64,000 nt of DNA from Prevotella sp. (lineage in GTDB: Bacteria > Bacteroidota > Bacteroidia > Bacteroidales > Bacteroidaceae): assembly GCA_017509155.1 (NCBI GenBank), contig JAFWQE010000024.1:55250-119249 (forward strand), in the 5' to 3' direction. Under the pieces are notes generated by a model, which worked only from the letters and a program-made list of their open reading frames with translations, did not search any database and was not told the origin of the DNA. Positions 35,530 to 44,168 of this stretch are shown here, piece by piece. The number at the start of each line of letters is the position of its first letter. Within the stretch, counting starts at the first letter, position 1. The position numbers were made by a program, and so were the translations under genes.

Positions 35530-37647
35530 TTATTTCTCGATAAGAATGCGGGCATCTACGGCCACCACGTCCTTCTCGTCTGCCAGCAGCGGGTTGATGT
35601 CCATTTCCTTTATCTCGGTGGCAAAGCGGAGAAGGGTACTCAGGCGCACAATGATTTCGGCATATTTCTGTTCGTTGATGCCTCGCTGTCCTCGCGTACC
35701 TTTTATTATTTTATATCCGCGCAGGGAGCGTATCATGGAATAGGCCTCGGGGTAGGAGAGTGGAGCCAGTCCGCTTTTCACGTCCTTCAGCACTTCCACA
35801 AAGATGCCCCCCAGTCCGCAGAGCACCACATGGCCGAAGCGCTGCTCGTATTTGGCGCCGATGAACACCTCGGTGCCCTTGATCATTTTCTGCACCATGA
35901 TGGCCTTGGCTCCTTCAATCTTCATCATGCGGTCAAACTCCAGCTCCAGGTGTTCCGGTGTGCGGATGTTGAGTGTCACGCCGCCTACGTCGCTTTTGTG
36001 TACGGGTCCCACCACCTTGGCCACCACGGGGTAGCCCACTTTCTGGGCAAACTCCGTGAGCACAGCCTTCTTGTCGCTCACCATTTCGGGCACCATGGGG
36101 ATGCCGGCGCACGAGAACAACTGGCGGACGATGTCGGGCGACACATAGCCGCTCTCCTTGATGGTGCCGATGATGTCGCGAATGCGGGGCACGTCGACGC
36201 CGAACAGCTCAATCTCGGGTGCCGCCGGGGCTGGTGTCTGAATGATTTGTGTGAGCGCCGTAGCCAGCGTCACCTCGTCGCTGAAGTTCACGTGTCCCTT
36301 CTGCAAGAACTCAGCCACCTCAGGGCCTGCCGTGTAGATGCTCGGAAGGATGGGGAAGATGGGCTTGCTGCATTCCTGTATCTTTTTATGGAGCACGTCG
36401 TAGGCTTCGTAGATCTGTACGAGGCCTGGTGTGCCGAAGATGACGAAGATGGCGTCGATGTCGTTGAAACGTTTCTCGCAGTAGTCGATGGCGATGCCGA
36501 GGTGCTCGGCTGTTCCCGTGGCCAGGATGTCGATGGGGTTGGCCACCGAAGAGCCGGGGAAAAGCTGCGCCTTCAGTTCGTCGGCAGCCTCACCTTCTAT
36601 CTTCGGGATGCTCATGCCTCCCTTCGACAGTGCGTCGGTGAGCATTACGCCGGGACCGCCGGCGTGGGTGACGATGGCGAAACGGTTCAGGTGGGTGATG
36701 GGTGTTGGGTGATGGGTGTTGGGCGATGGGTGCGGGGTGTTGGTGGCACTGTCTTCCAGCACCTTGAAGATACAGCCCACAGTGGTGAGCTCCTCACGCG
36801 AGAAGCAGCGCACGATGCCGGCCTTGCGGAACAAGGCCTCCACAGCGGCGTCGCTGCTGGCGATGGCTCCCGTGTGGGATGATGCCGCACGGCTGCCACT
36901 TTCAGACGAGCCTGCCTTGATGGCGGCGATGCGACAGCCCTTGCGAATGAGCGAACTGGCGTGGAAAAGCAGCTTATCGGGGTTGCCCACGTTCTCAATA
37001 TAGAGCAGCTTGATCTTGGAGTCGCGTTCGGCGTCGAAGTTCTCGTCCATGTACTGAAGCACGTCTTCGATGCCAATCTGCTTGCCGTTTCCGATGCTCC
37101 ACACCGTGTTGAAGGGCAGGCCTTTCGTTACGGCACTCTCCAGAATGAACACAGCCGTGGCTCCCGAACCGCTGATGAAGTCGGCGCCATGTGGGTTGAG
37201 CGTCGGTATTGGTTTCGTGAAGACGCTGTGGTGCCAGCTGTTCATCAGACCGATGCAGTTCGGGCCGATGAGCGCAGCGCCGTAGCGTTCGCAGGTGTCG
37301 ATGATTCTCTGTTCGAGCTCAGCCCCTGCCTTGGTCTCCTCGCCAAAGCCTGCAGAGATGATGATGAAGGCCTTGACGCCCTTCTCAGCAGCCAGAAACT
37401 CCACGTAGTCGGGGCAGAACTTCGCCGCCACTACGAGGATGGCCAGTTCGGTGGGCGGTATTTCCTTCACGTCATGAAATGCCTTGATGCCCTGCACTTC
37501 GTCTTCCTTGGGGTTCAGCACTCGCAGCGTACCAGTGTAGCCGCCGTTCTTGATGTTGCGCACTACGGCGCCTCCGGGCTTGTGCACATTGTTGGAGCCG
37601 CCGATGACGACGATGCTCTCGGGATGCAAAAGTTCTCTGTTAATCAT
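35530..37647 (-). CDS. Acetate/acyl-CoA ligase (ADP-forming), fused alpha/beta
   Basis: CoA-binding domain, GPNCIG, AASSHTGA (phospho-His), ATP-grasp HKSDVGGV, EMDINPL..AVDARI. Confidence 0.92.
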   Translation of the reverse strand: MINRELLHPESIVVIGGSNNVHKPGGAVVRNIKNGGYTGTLRVLNPKEDEVQGIKAFHDVKEIPPTELAILVVAAKFCPDYVEFLAAEKGVKAFIIISAGFGEETKAGAELEQRIIDTCERYGAALIGPNCIGLMNSWHHSVFTKPIPTLNPHGADFISGSGATAVFILESAVTKGLPFNTVWSIGNGKQIGIEDVLQYMDENFDAERDSKIKLLYIENVGNPDKLLFHASSLIRKGCRIAAIKAGSSESGSRAASSHTGAIASSDAAVEALFRKAGIVRCFSREELTTVGCIFKVLEDSATNTPHPSPNTHHPTPITHLNRFAIVTHAGGPGVMLTDALSKGGMSIPKIEGEAADELKAQLFPGSSVANPIDILATGTAEHLGIAIDYCEKRFNDIDAIFVIFGTPGLVQIYEAYDVLHKKIQECSKPIFPILPSIYTAGPEVAEFLQKGHVNFSDEVTLATALTQIIQTPAPAAPEIELFGVDVPRIRDIIGTIKESGYVSPDIVRQLFSCAGIPMVPEMVSDKKAVLTEFAQKVGYPVVAKVVGPVHKSDVGGVTLNIRTPEHLELEFDRMMKIEGAKAIMVQKMIKGTEVFIGAKYEQRFGHVVLCGLGGIFVEVLKDVKSGLAPLSYPEAYSMIRSLRGYKIIKGTRGQRGINEQKYAEIIVRLSTLLRFATEIKEMDINPLLADEKDVVAVDARILIEK

Positions 37648-38086
37648 GGATTCTTAGTAACAATAGATTTTGGTGCAAATGTACGAAAAAAAATGAAAAA
37701 CAAAGAATAATAAGGAATTATTTTGCCCTTGAAGCCTTTTTCGTCTTCCATGCTTTCTTTCAGTTGAAGAGTGATAAACAGAAAAGTAAAAGAACTCCTG
37801 TTGCACCTGAACTCCTGCAACTCCGAAAGCTGAAGTATGCGGAACTCGAATAAAGAATGAAAGGTTTATAGAAAAAGAACGTAAGTTGGTCCTTCCGTAT
37901 TGTTAAAAAATGGAAAATAATAGGCAAAATAAAACCGAATTGAGAAAAATTGTTTATATTTGCAATGCTTATGAGCCATTGTGTTCGTTTTCGTTGGGCG
38001 GCACTAAAACGGGCACAGGGCGCAGAGGCAACGTGAGAATCAACAAAACACAGTGCTGCTCATCATTTATCTAAATCATCATTACT

Positions 38087-38506
38087 ATGAGTAACGGTCA
38101 ACAGAGCCTGGAAGAACAGTTCTCCAACCTCAACAACACGGCGGACATCACCAATCAGTTTGATCCGCAAGACATCAGTCAGAACAAGGTAATGGCCGTC
38201 CTGGCCTACTTTGGCATCCTTGTGCTTATTCCCATCTTCGCTGCGAAAGAGTCGAAGTTTGCACGCTTCCATTCAAACCAGGGCCTCATCCTCCTCATTC
38301 TTGGCATTGCGCTCTCCATTATCAGCAGCTTTTTGTCAACCATTCTTTTTAGCATTTCCTACAAGCTGATGTGGATTATGGGCATCATCTCCTTCGCTAT
38401 ATGGGTAATCATCGCGGTCTTCTTCATCCTCGGAGTCATCAATGCTGCCAAGGGTCGCGCCAAGGAACTGCCGCTCATCGGCCACTTCAAGCTGCTGAAA
38501 GTATAA
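38087..38506 (+). CDS. DUF4870/Tic20-like membrane protein
   Basis: NKVMAVLAY..SKFARFHSNQGL..GVINAAKG..ELPLIG pattern; -7 box TATATTTG at 37955-37962. Confidence 0.82.
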   Translation: MSNGQQSLEEQFSNLNNTADITNQFDPQDISQNKVMAVLAYFGILVLIPIFAAKESKFARFHSNQGLILLILGIALSIISSFLSTILFSISYKLMWIMGIISFAIWVIIAVFFILGVINAAKGRAKELPLIGHFKLLKV

Positions 38507-38563
38507 TCGGCGAAACTGTGGTTTGTAATCTGACACACCATCAGTAGTAGCAAAAAGCTATAG

Positions 38564-38631
38564 AAAGGCAGATAAAAGGAAACAGCAGACGACATCCCGT
38601 TGTCTGTCGTATCCTTTCATCTGTCTTTTTT
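38564..38631 (+). terminator. Long imperfect hairpin with T-run after DUF4870 gene
   Basis: GGCAGATAAAAGGA..CAGACGAC / GTTGTCTG..TCCTTTCATCTGTC followed by TTTTTT. Confidence 0.6.
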
Positions 38632-38764
38632 CATGCCGCTTGCTCTGATGTCCTTAAAAAACATTAAAACGCGCAAAAACACTGACGAATGTAATATTTG
38701 TCGTTATCATTTGGATTTTATTTCGTAACTTTGCAGCACAAGTTTACTATTAAACGAAAGAAAT

Positions 38765-38938
38765 ATGTATTTAGGACTTACGGAGATTGTTCTCATTGCC
38801 CTTGTGGTGCTGCTGCTTTTTGGCGGCAAGAAGATACCCGAGCTGATGAAAGGCCTGGGTCAGGGCGTGAAAAGCTTCAAGGACGGCATGAAGGGACTCG
38901 ACGAGGACGACCCGAAGAGTGAAGAGAAAACCAAGTGA
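38765..38938 (+). CDS. tatA: Twin-arginine translocase subunit TatA
   Basis: Not in the ORF track (57 aa): [44 protein letters not shown]...; -7 box TAACTTTG at 38726-38733. Confidence 0.95.
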   Translation: MYLGLTEIVLIALVVLLLFGGKKIPELMKGLGQGVKSFKDGMKGLDEDDPKSEEKTK

Positions 38939-39740
38939 GGAGCGGAGCAAAGCCCCTGCCGTGACAAGTAATCGCGAGAGAGTGGACGACGAGAGGACAA
39001 TGAGTTTCTGGGAGCACCTCGACGTGCTGCGCGGCAGTCTGATACGCATGCTCGCGGCGGCCGTCGCAATGGGCGTGGTGGCTTTCCTGCTGAAGGAACC
39101 ACTGTTTCGTGTGGTGCTGGCCCCGTCGCAGAGCGATTTCTTCGTCTATCGGTGGATGGGCAGCGAGCCGTTCACCTTGCAACTCATCAACACAGGTCTC
39201 ACCGAGCAGTTCATGATTCACTTGCGCGTGGCCTTTGCCGTGGGCGTGCTGGCGGCCTCACCTTATATTATATATGTGCTGTTCCGCTTCGTGTCGCCCG
39301 CCCTCTATGAAAACGAGCGGCGCTACAGTGTCCGTCTGACGCTCTCTGCCTACCTGATGTTCCTGTTTGGCATGGTGGTCAACTACGTGCTCATTTTCCC
39401 GCTCACGGTGCGGTTTCTGGGCACCTATCAGGTGAGCGGAGAGGTGGCAAACATGCTGAGCATCAGTAGCTACGCCGACACCCTGTTGATGATGAGCCTG
39501 GTCTTTGGCATCGTGTTCGAGATTCCCGTCGTTTCGTGGCTGCTGGCAAAGTTCAGCCTGCTGCGTGCCTCGTGGATGAAGCGGTTTCGCCGCCATGCTG
39601 TCGTCGTCATTCTTCTGGCTGCAGCCATCATCACTCCCACAAGCGACGCATTCACGCTTGTCATCGTGTCACTGCCTATCTGGCTCCTCTATGAGGCAAG
39701 CATACTCATCGTGGCCCGCACAAATGGTCAGGCCGATTAG
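38919..39740 (+). CDS. tatC: Twin-arginine translocase subunit TatC (start uncertain: 38919, 38961 or 39000)
   Basis: [40 protein letters not shown] motifs. Confidence 0.95.
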   Translation: MKRKPSEERSKAPAVTSNRERVDDERTMSFWEHLDVLRGSLIRMLAAAVAMGVVAFLLKEPLFRVVLAPSQSDFFVYRWMGSEPFTLQLINTGLTEQFMIHLRVAFAVGVLAASPYIIYVLFRFVSPALYENERRYSVRLTLSAYLMFLFGMVVNYVLIFPLTVRFLGTYQVSGEVANMLSISSYADTLLMMSLVFGIVFEIPVVSWLLAKFSLLRASWMKRFRRHAVVVILLAAAIITPTSDAFTLVIVSLPIWLLYEASILIVARTNGQAD

Positions 39741-39788
39741 GATAAAGCAACATTCTCTGATAATGAAAACTGAATATACAAGAATATT

Positions 39789-41288
39789 ATGCTGAGAAAA
39801 ATTAGAATCACACTGGCTACCTTCGTGATGGTGTTCATCACGTTGCTGTTCCTCGATTTCACAGGAACCCTCCATCACTGGTTCTCGTGGCTGGCCAAGA
39901 TTCAGTTCCTCCCCGCCGTGCTGGCTTTGAACTTTGTGGTGATAGCCCTGTTGGTGGTGCTGACACTTGTCTTCGGCCGCATCTATTGTTCTGTCATTTG
40001 CCCGCTGGGCATTATGCAGGACGTAATCTCATGGCTCAGGAAAAAGAAGAACCGTTTCAGCTTTTCAGCCGAGAAACGGTGGATACGCTATCCTGTGCTC
40101 GTGGTCTTCGTGGCCGCATTGGTGTGCGGCGCAGGTTCGCTGGTGGCCTTGCTGGCTCCCTATAGCAGCTACGGGCGAATCGTCACCAACCTGCTGAAGC
40201 CCCTGTGGGAACTGGGCAACAACGGGCTGGCCGCCATTGCCGAGCACTACGAGAGCTACGCCTTCTACAGTGTTGACGTGTGGATCAGGTCGCTACCTAC
40301 GTTTATCATCGCCGCAGTCAGCTTCGTCGTGATAGCCGTACTGGCCTGGCATGGAGGCAGAACCTATTGCAATACCATCTGTCCCGTGGGAACCACGCTT
40401 AGCTTCCTGGCCCGCTTCTCATGGCTGAAGATTCGCTTCGACGCAGAGAAATGCCGCAACTGCAGCCTCTGTACCAAGAACTGCAAGGCCTCGTGCATCG
40501 ACTACAAGAACCACACCGTGGACTACAGTCGTTGCGTGGTGTGTGGCAACTGCCTGGAGAAGTGCAAGTTCGGTGCCCTCAGCTACGCCGGTCCCACAAA
40601 AAAAGCATCTACTTCGTCTTCGCCCGGCGAAGGAAGTGACTCCACAGCTTCCTCTACCGACGAAACACGTCGTGCCTTCCTCGTAGGTGCAGCCATGGCC
40701 ACCGCCGGTGCTGCCTTGGCACAGGAGAAGAAGAAAGTGGACGGCGGTCTGGCTGTTATCGAGGACAAGGCGGTCCCCACGCGACTCACACCGCTCACGC
40801 CTCCGGGCTCTTTGTCGGCTAAGAACATGGCCACTCGCTGCACGGGATGCCAGCTCTGCGTATCAGAGTGTCCGAACGATGTGCTCAGACCCAGCACAGG
40901 ACTGCTCACCATGATGCAGCCCACCATGAGCTATGAGCGTGGCTATTGTCGCCCCGAGTGCAACCGCTGTTCCTCGGTGTGTCCCTCCGGTGCCATCAAG
41001 CCGATATCCGTGGAGGATAAGTCGTCTGTGCAGATAGGCCACGCCGTATGGATCAAGAAGAACTGCATACCCGTGACCGACGGCGTGGAGTGTGGAAACT
41101 GCGAACGCCACTGTCCCGTAGGTGCCATCATGATGGTACAGCTCGACGAGAACGACGAGGAATCGCCCATGGTTCCAACGGTGAACGAGTCGAAGTGTAT
41201 CGGGTGCGGTGCCTGTGAGAATCTCTGTCCGGCACGGCCCTTCAGCGCCATTTATGTCGAGGGCCATGAGGTGCACAAAACCGTTTAG
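39789..41288 (+). CDS. Membrane polyferredoxin (NapH/NapG-like 4Fe-4S protein)
   Basis: TM segments with two CxxxCP motifs, several CxxCxxCxxxC clusters, internal TRRAFL motif. Confidence 0.88.
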   Translation: MLRKIRITLATFVMVFITLLFLDFTGTLHHWFSWLAKIQFLPAVLALNFVVIALLVVLTLVFGRIYCSVICPLGIMQDVISWLRKKKNRFSFSAEKRWIRYPVLVVFVAALVCGAGSLVALLAPYSSYGRIVTNLLKPLWELGNNGLAAIAEHYESYAFYSVDVWIRSLPTFIIAAVSFVVIAVLAWHGGRTYCNTICPVGTTLSFLARFSWLKIRFDAEKCRNCSLCTKNCKASCIDYKNHTVDYSRCVVCGNCLEKCKFGALSYAGPTKKASTSSSPGEGSDSTASSTDETRRAFLVGAAMATAGAALAQEKKKVDGGLAVIEDKAVPTRLTPLTPPGSLSAKNMATRCTGCQLCVSECPNDVLRPSTGLLTMMQPTMSYERGYCRPECNRCSSVCPSGAIKPISVEDKSSVQIGHAVWIKKNCIPVTDGVECGNCERHCPVGAIMMVQLDENDEESPMVPTVNESKCIGCGACENLCPARPFSAIYVEGHEVHKTV

Positions 41289-41332
41289 CGATTGTTTTCC
41301 TGTCTAATAATCCCCATCATCCATCACCCAAT

Positions 41333-42790
41333 ATGAAAGATATATCAAGAAGAAAGTTCCTGAAGCTGATGGGAGGCGGTGCCGTTGCTTCGTCGGCCAT
41401 CCTTGCCGCCTGCAACCAAGACGCCAACACCAAACACCCATCATCCAAAGCCGAACCACCTAAGGACAAGATGACCATGCGCAAGAATCCCAACACGGGC
41501 GACGTTGTGTCGCTTCTGGGTTATGGCATGATGCGTCTGCCGAAGGTGGAGATGGACGTAGACGACTCACCCTACGACCAGGATATGATCAACCAGCAGG
41601 TGGACTACGCCATCGAGCACGGTGTCAACTACTTCGATACCAGTCCTGCCTACTGCAAGGGACAGTCGGAACGCTGCACAGGCATCGCCCTGAAGCGCCA
41701 CCCCAGAGACAAGTTCTTTGTGGCCACCAAAATGTCTAACTTCTCGCCTGACACATGGAGCCGGAAGGCAAGCATGGAGATGTTCGAGAACTCACTGAAG
41801 GAACTGCAGGTCGAATACATCGACTACCTGCTGCTCCACGGCATTGGCGGCAGTTCGAAAGACCTCGACAGCGAGGAGACCTTCAACGCCCGCTACATGG
41901 ACAACGGCATTCTGGACTGGCTCGTAGAGCAGCAGAAGAAAGGCCGGTTGCGCAACCTCGGCTTCTCCTACCACGGCGATGTCGAGATCTTCGACATGCT
42001 CTTGAAGTGGCACGATGAGGGAAAGTATCACTGGGATTTCGTGCAGATAGAGCTGAACTATCTGGACTGGGACTGGGCCAACGAAATCAACGACCGCAAC
42101 ACCGATGCCTCTTACCTCTATGCTGAACTGAAAAAGCGCGGCATTCCCGCTGTCATCATGGAGCCGTTGCTGGGCGGACGACTCGCCAATGTGCCCGATC
42201 CCATCGTGGAGAAGATGAAGAAGAAACGCCCGGAGGACTCCGTTGCCTCGTGGGCCTTCCGATACGCAGGAACGCCCGATGGCGTACTCACCGTGCTCAG
42301 CGGCATGACCTTCATGGAGCATCTGCGCGAGAACATCGGCACCTACGCACCGCTCGTGCCCATCACCAAGGAAGAAGACAGCTTCCTCATGGAGATAGCC
42401 CAGGACATCTACAACCTGAAGACCATCCCCTGCAACGAGTGCAACTACTGTATGCCCTGTCCTTACGGCATCAACATACCCGCCATCTTCTCGCATTATA
42501 ACAAATGTATCAAGGAGGGCAATCTGCTCAACATGGAGAAAGACCAGAAAGAGCTGATGGGCGACCCCAACTATCGTCGAGCCCGACGTGCATTCCTCGT
42601 GGGCTACGACCGCAGTGTGCCACGCCTCAGACAGGCCGATCACTGCATCGGCTGCGGACAATGCAACCCTCATTGCCCTCAGCGCATCAACATTCCGCAA
42701 GAGATGCAGAAGGTGAACGACTACACAGAGAAGCTGAAAAACCCCATGGGAACCAAGCGAGAACGCGAAGCTGAGGCCGGGGAAGTATAG
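41333..42790 (+). CDS. Aldo/keto reductase with C-terminal 4Fe-4S domain, predicted Tat lipoprotein
   Basis: SRRKFLK plus LAAC lipobox; LGYGMMRLP, NYFDTSPAY, ATK; CNECNYCMPCP and CIGCGQCNPHCP. Confidence 0.9.
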   Translation: MKDISRRKFLKLMGGGAVASSAILAACNQDANTKHPSSKAEPPKDKMTMRKNPNTGDVVSLLGYGMMRLPKVEMDVDDSPYDQDMINQQVDYAIEHGVNYFDTSPAYCKGQSERCTGIALKRHPRDKFFVATKMSNFSPDTWSRKASMEMFENSLKELQVEYIDYLLLHGIGGSSKDLDSEETFNARYMDNGILDWLVEQQKKGRLRNLGFSYHGDVEIFDMLLKWHDEGKYHWDFVQIELNYLDWDWANEINDRNTDASYLYAELKKRGIPAVIMEPLLGGRLANVPDPIVEKMKKKRPEDSVASWAFRYAGTPDGVLTVLSGMTFMEHLRENIGTYAPLVPITKEEDSFLMEIAQDIYNLKTIPCNECNYCMPCPYGINIPAIFSHYNKCIKEGNLLNMEKDQKELMGDPNYRRARRAFLVGYDRSVPRLRQADHCIGCGQCNPHCPQRINIPQEMQKVNDYTEKLKNPMGTKREREAEAGEV

Positions 42791-43013
42791 CCTTTGTCAG
42801 GAAAATCCTGCGCTTTAAGCGAAAAAAAACCTAGATAATTTTCATCGAAGCTGCCAATTTCGACGAGGATTTTCTAGTTTTTTTTTCGCCAATATGGCAA
42901 ACAGACCCATGCGAATGCGCATAATGGCTATCAGACAGAGTAAAAAATGAGACTGAAAGCCTTTGTCGGTTCACGGATTTGTTGTACCTTTGCCGACCGG
43001 AAAAAACGAAAAG

Positions 43014-44030
43014 ATGAACATAAAACGATTCTATGCACTGCTGGTGGCAGTGCTGAGCCTCAGCGCTATCAGCGCCCAGCAGGCCAATGGAGAGCAGACC
43101 GAGGTGGTGGACACGGCAGAGACCAACGTCATCGCCTATTTCTGCAAGCGCGACACCATGAAGTATAACCTTCAGTACTTGCAGTTTGAGGCGACGGCCA
43201 ATGACACCGTGGTGAAGTCTTACTATGAGCAGGACTTTCAGGTTTGCATCACCGACTCCACGGCAGAAGGCTACAGGTTGGAATACATTGCCACGGGATT
43301 CAGTCGGGAAGACACCATCACCGTCGACACGAAAGCCATGATGAGGCAGCGTGTCTTTGAGCGAATCAAGGGCAAGAAGCTGCTGTTCGACCTCGACGAA
43401 ATGGGCTCCGTCGTGCAGATGCCCAGCTGGAACGCCGTGCGCAACGACCTCATTCAGGGTCTCTTCCAGGCCTACAACGAACTCTATCCGCTCGTTCCAG
43501 GGCTTGAGCAGATTGTGCCCAAGGGCCAGTTGATGGGCATCGTGTCGCAGCGGTTCCAGAGCGAAGAGGGCGTGATTGGGTGGTTTGACGAGATTGGAAT
43601 GCTCTTCGACTTGCACGGACGTTCGTATGAGTCATCTGTCCAGGTGGATAACGAGCGCACCGAGGAGGAACTGCCATCCACCACTTTCGTGATGTCGGGG
43701 TTGCTGGAAGACGATGATGCCATTTTTGAGGGCGACTATTTCGTTACAGGTGCCACCGTAGCCAGCTTCGAAGGCGAAGATGTGGCCACTTACCTGAAAG
43801 GCAAAGTGAGCGCACTTGGTGAGGACAATGAGCTGGCCAAGCTGATGATACAGCTGGCCGAGGCTGACGGAAAACCCACCATGAGCGTGGAAGATGCATT
43901 CGAAGAGTGGTTCTTTTTCAATGGCTGGCCAATGTCCTCCGCCGTCTGGACCGAGGAAACCATTGGCAAGAAAACCATACTGCAGAAGAAGTATCTTGAA
44001 TGGGCTGAGCGCTCGTGGGGCAATTCCTGA
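43014..44030 (+). CDS. Exported hypothetical protein
   Basis: Signal peptide MNIKRFYALL..; own promoter TTTG (42962-42965) and TACCTTTG (42985-42992). Confidence 0.8.
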   Translation: MNIKRFYALLVAVLSLSAISAQQANGEQTEVVDTAETNVIAYFCKRDTMKYNLQYLQFEATANDTVVKSYYEQDFQVCITDSTAEGYRLEYIATGFSREDTITVDTKAMMRQRVFERIKGKKLLFDLDEMGSVVQMPSWNAVRNDLIQGLFQAYNELYPLVPGLEQIVPKGQLMGIVSQRFQSEEGVIGWFDEIGMLFDLHGRSYESSVQVDNERTEEELPSTTFVMSGLLEDDDAIFEGDYFVTGATVASFEGEDVATYLKGKVSALGEDNELAKLMIQLAEADGKPTMSVEDAFEEWFFFNGWPMSSAVWTEETIGKKTILQKKYLEWAERSWGNS

Positions 44031-44104
44031 TGTCCTCCCCTTTGAAAAACCATCAGCCTCCTCGTGGCTAAGCGTACCTTGCGGCACCGCCGCAAGCCCA
44101 TTAT

Positions 44105-44149
44105 AACAACAACGGCGAACCCTCACCTTGAGGCTTCGCCGTTGTTGTT
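44105..44149. terminator. Hairpin between convergent genes (likely bidirectional terminator)
   Basis: AACAACAACGGCGAA / TTCGCCGTTGTTGTT, a 15-bp perfect stem. Confidence 0.75.
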
Positions 44150-44168
44150 TGTTTCGTTCTGATGGCCC

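Noticed and set aside
40610-40638. Small hairpin CTTCGCC/GGCGAAG in the polyferredoxin linker as another inserted element
   Set aside because: A 7-bp stem can arise by chance and does not match the CCCTCC/GGAGGG family.
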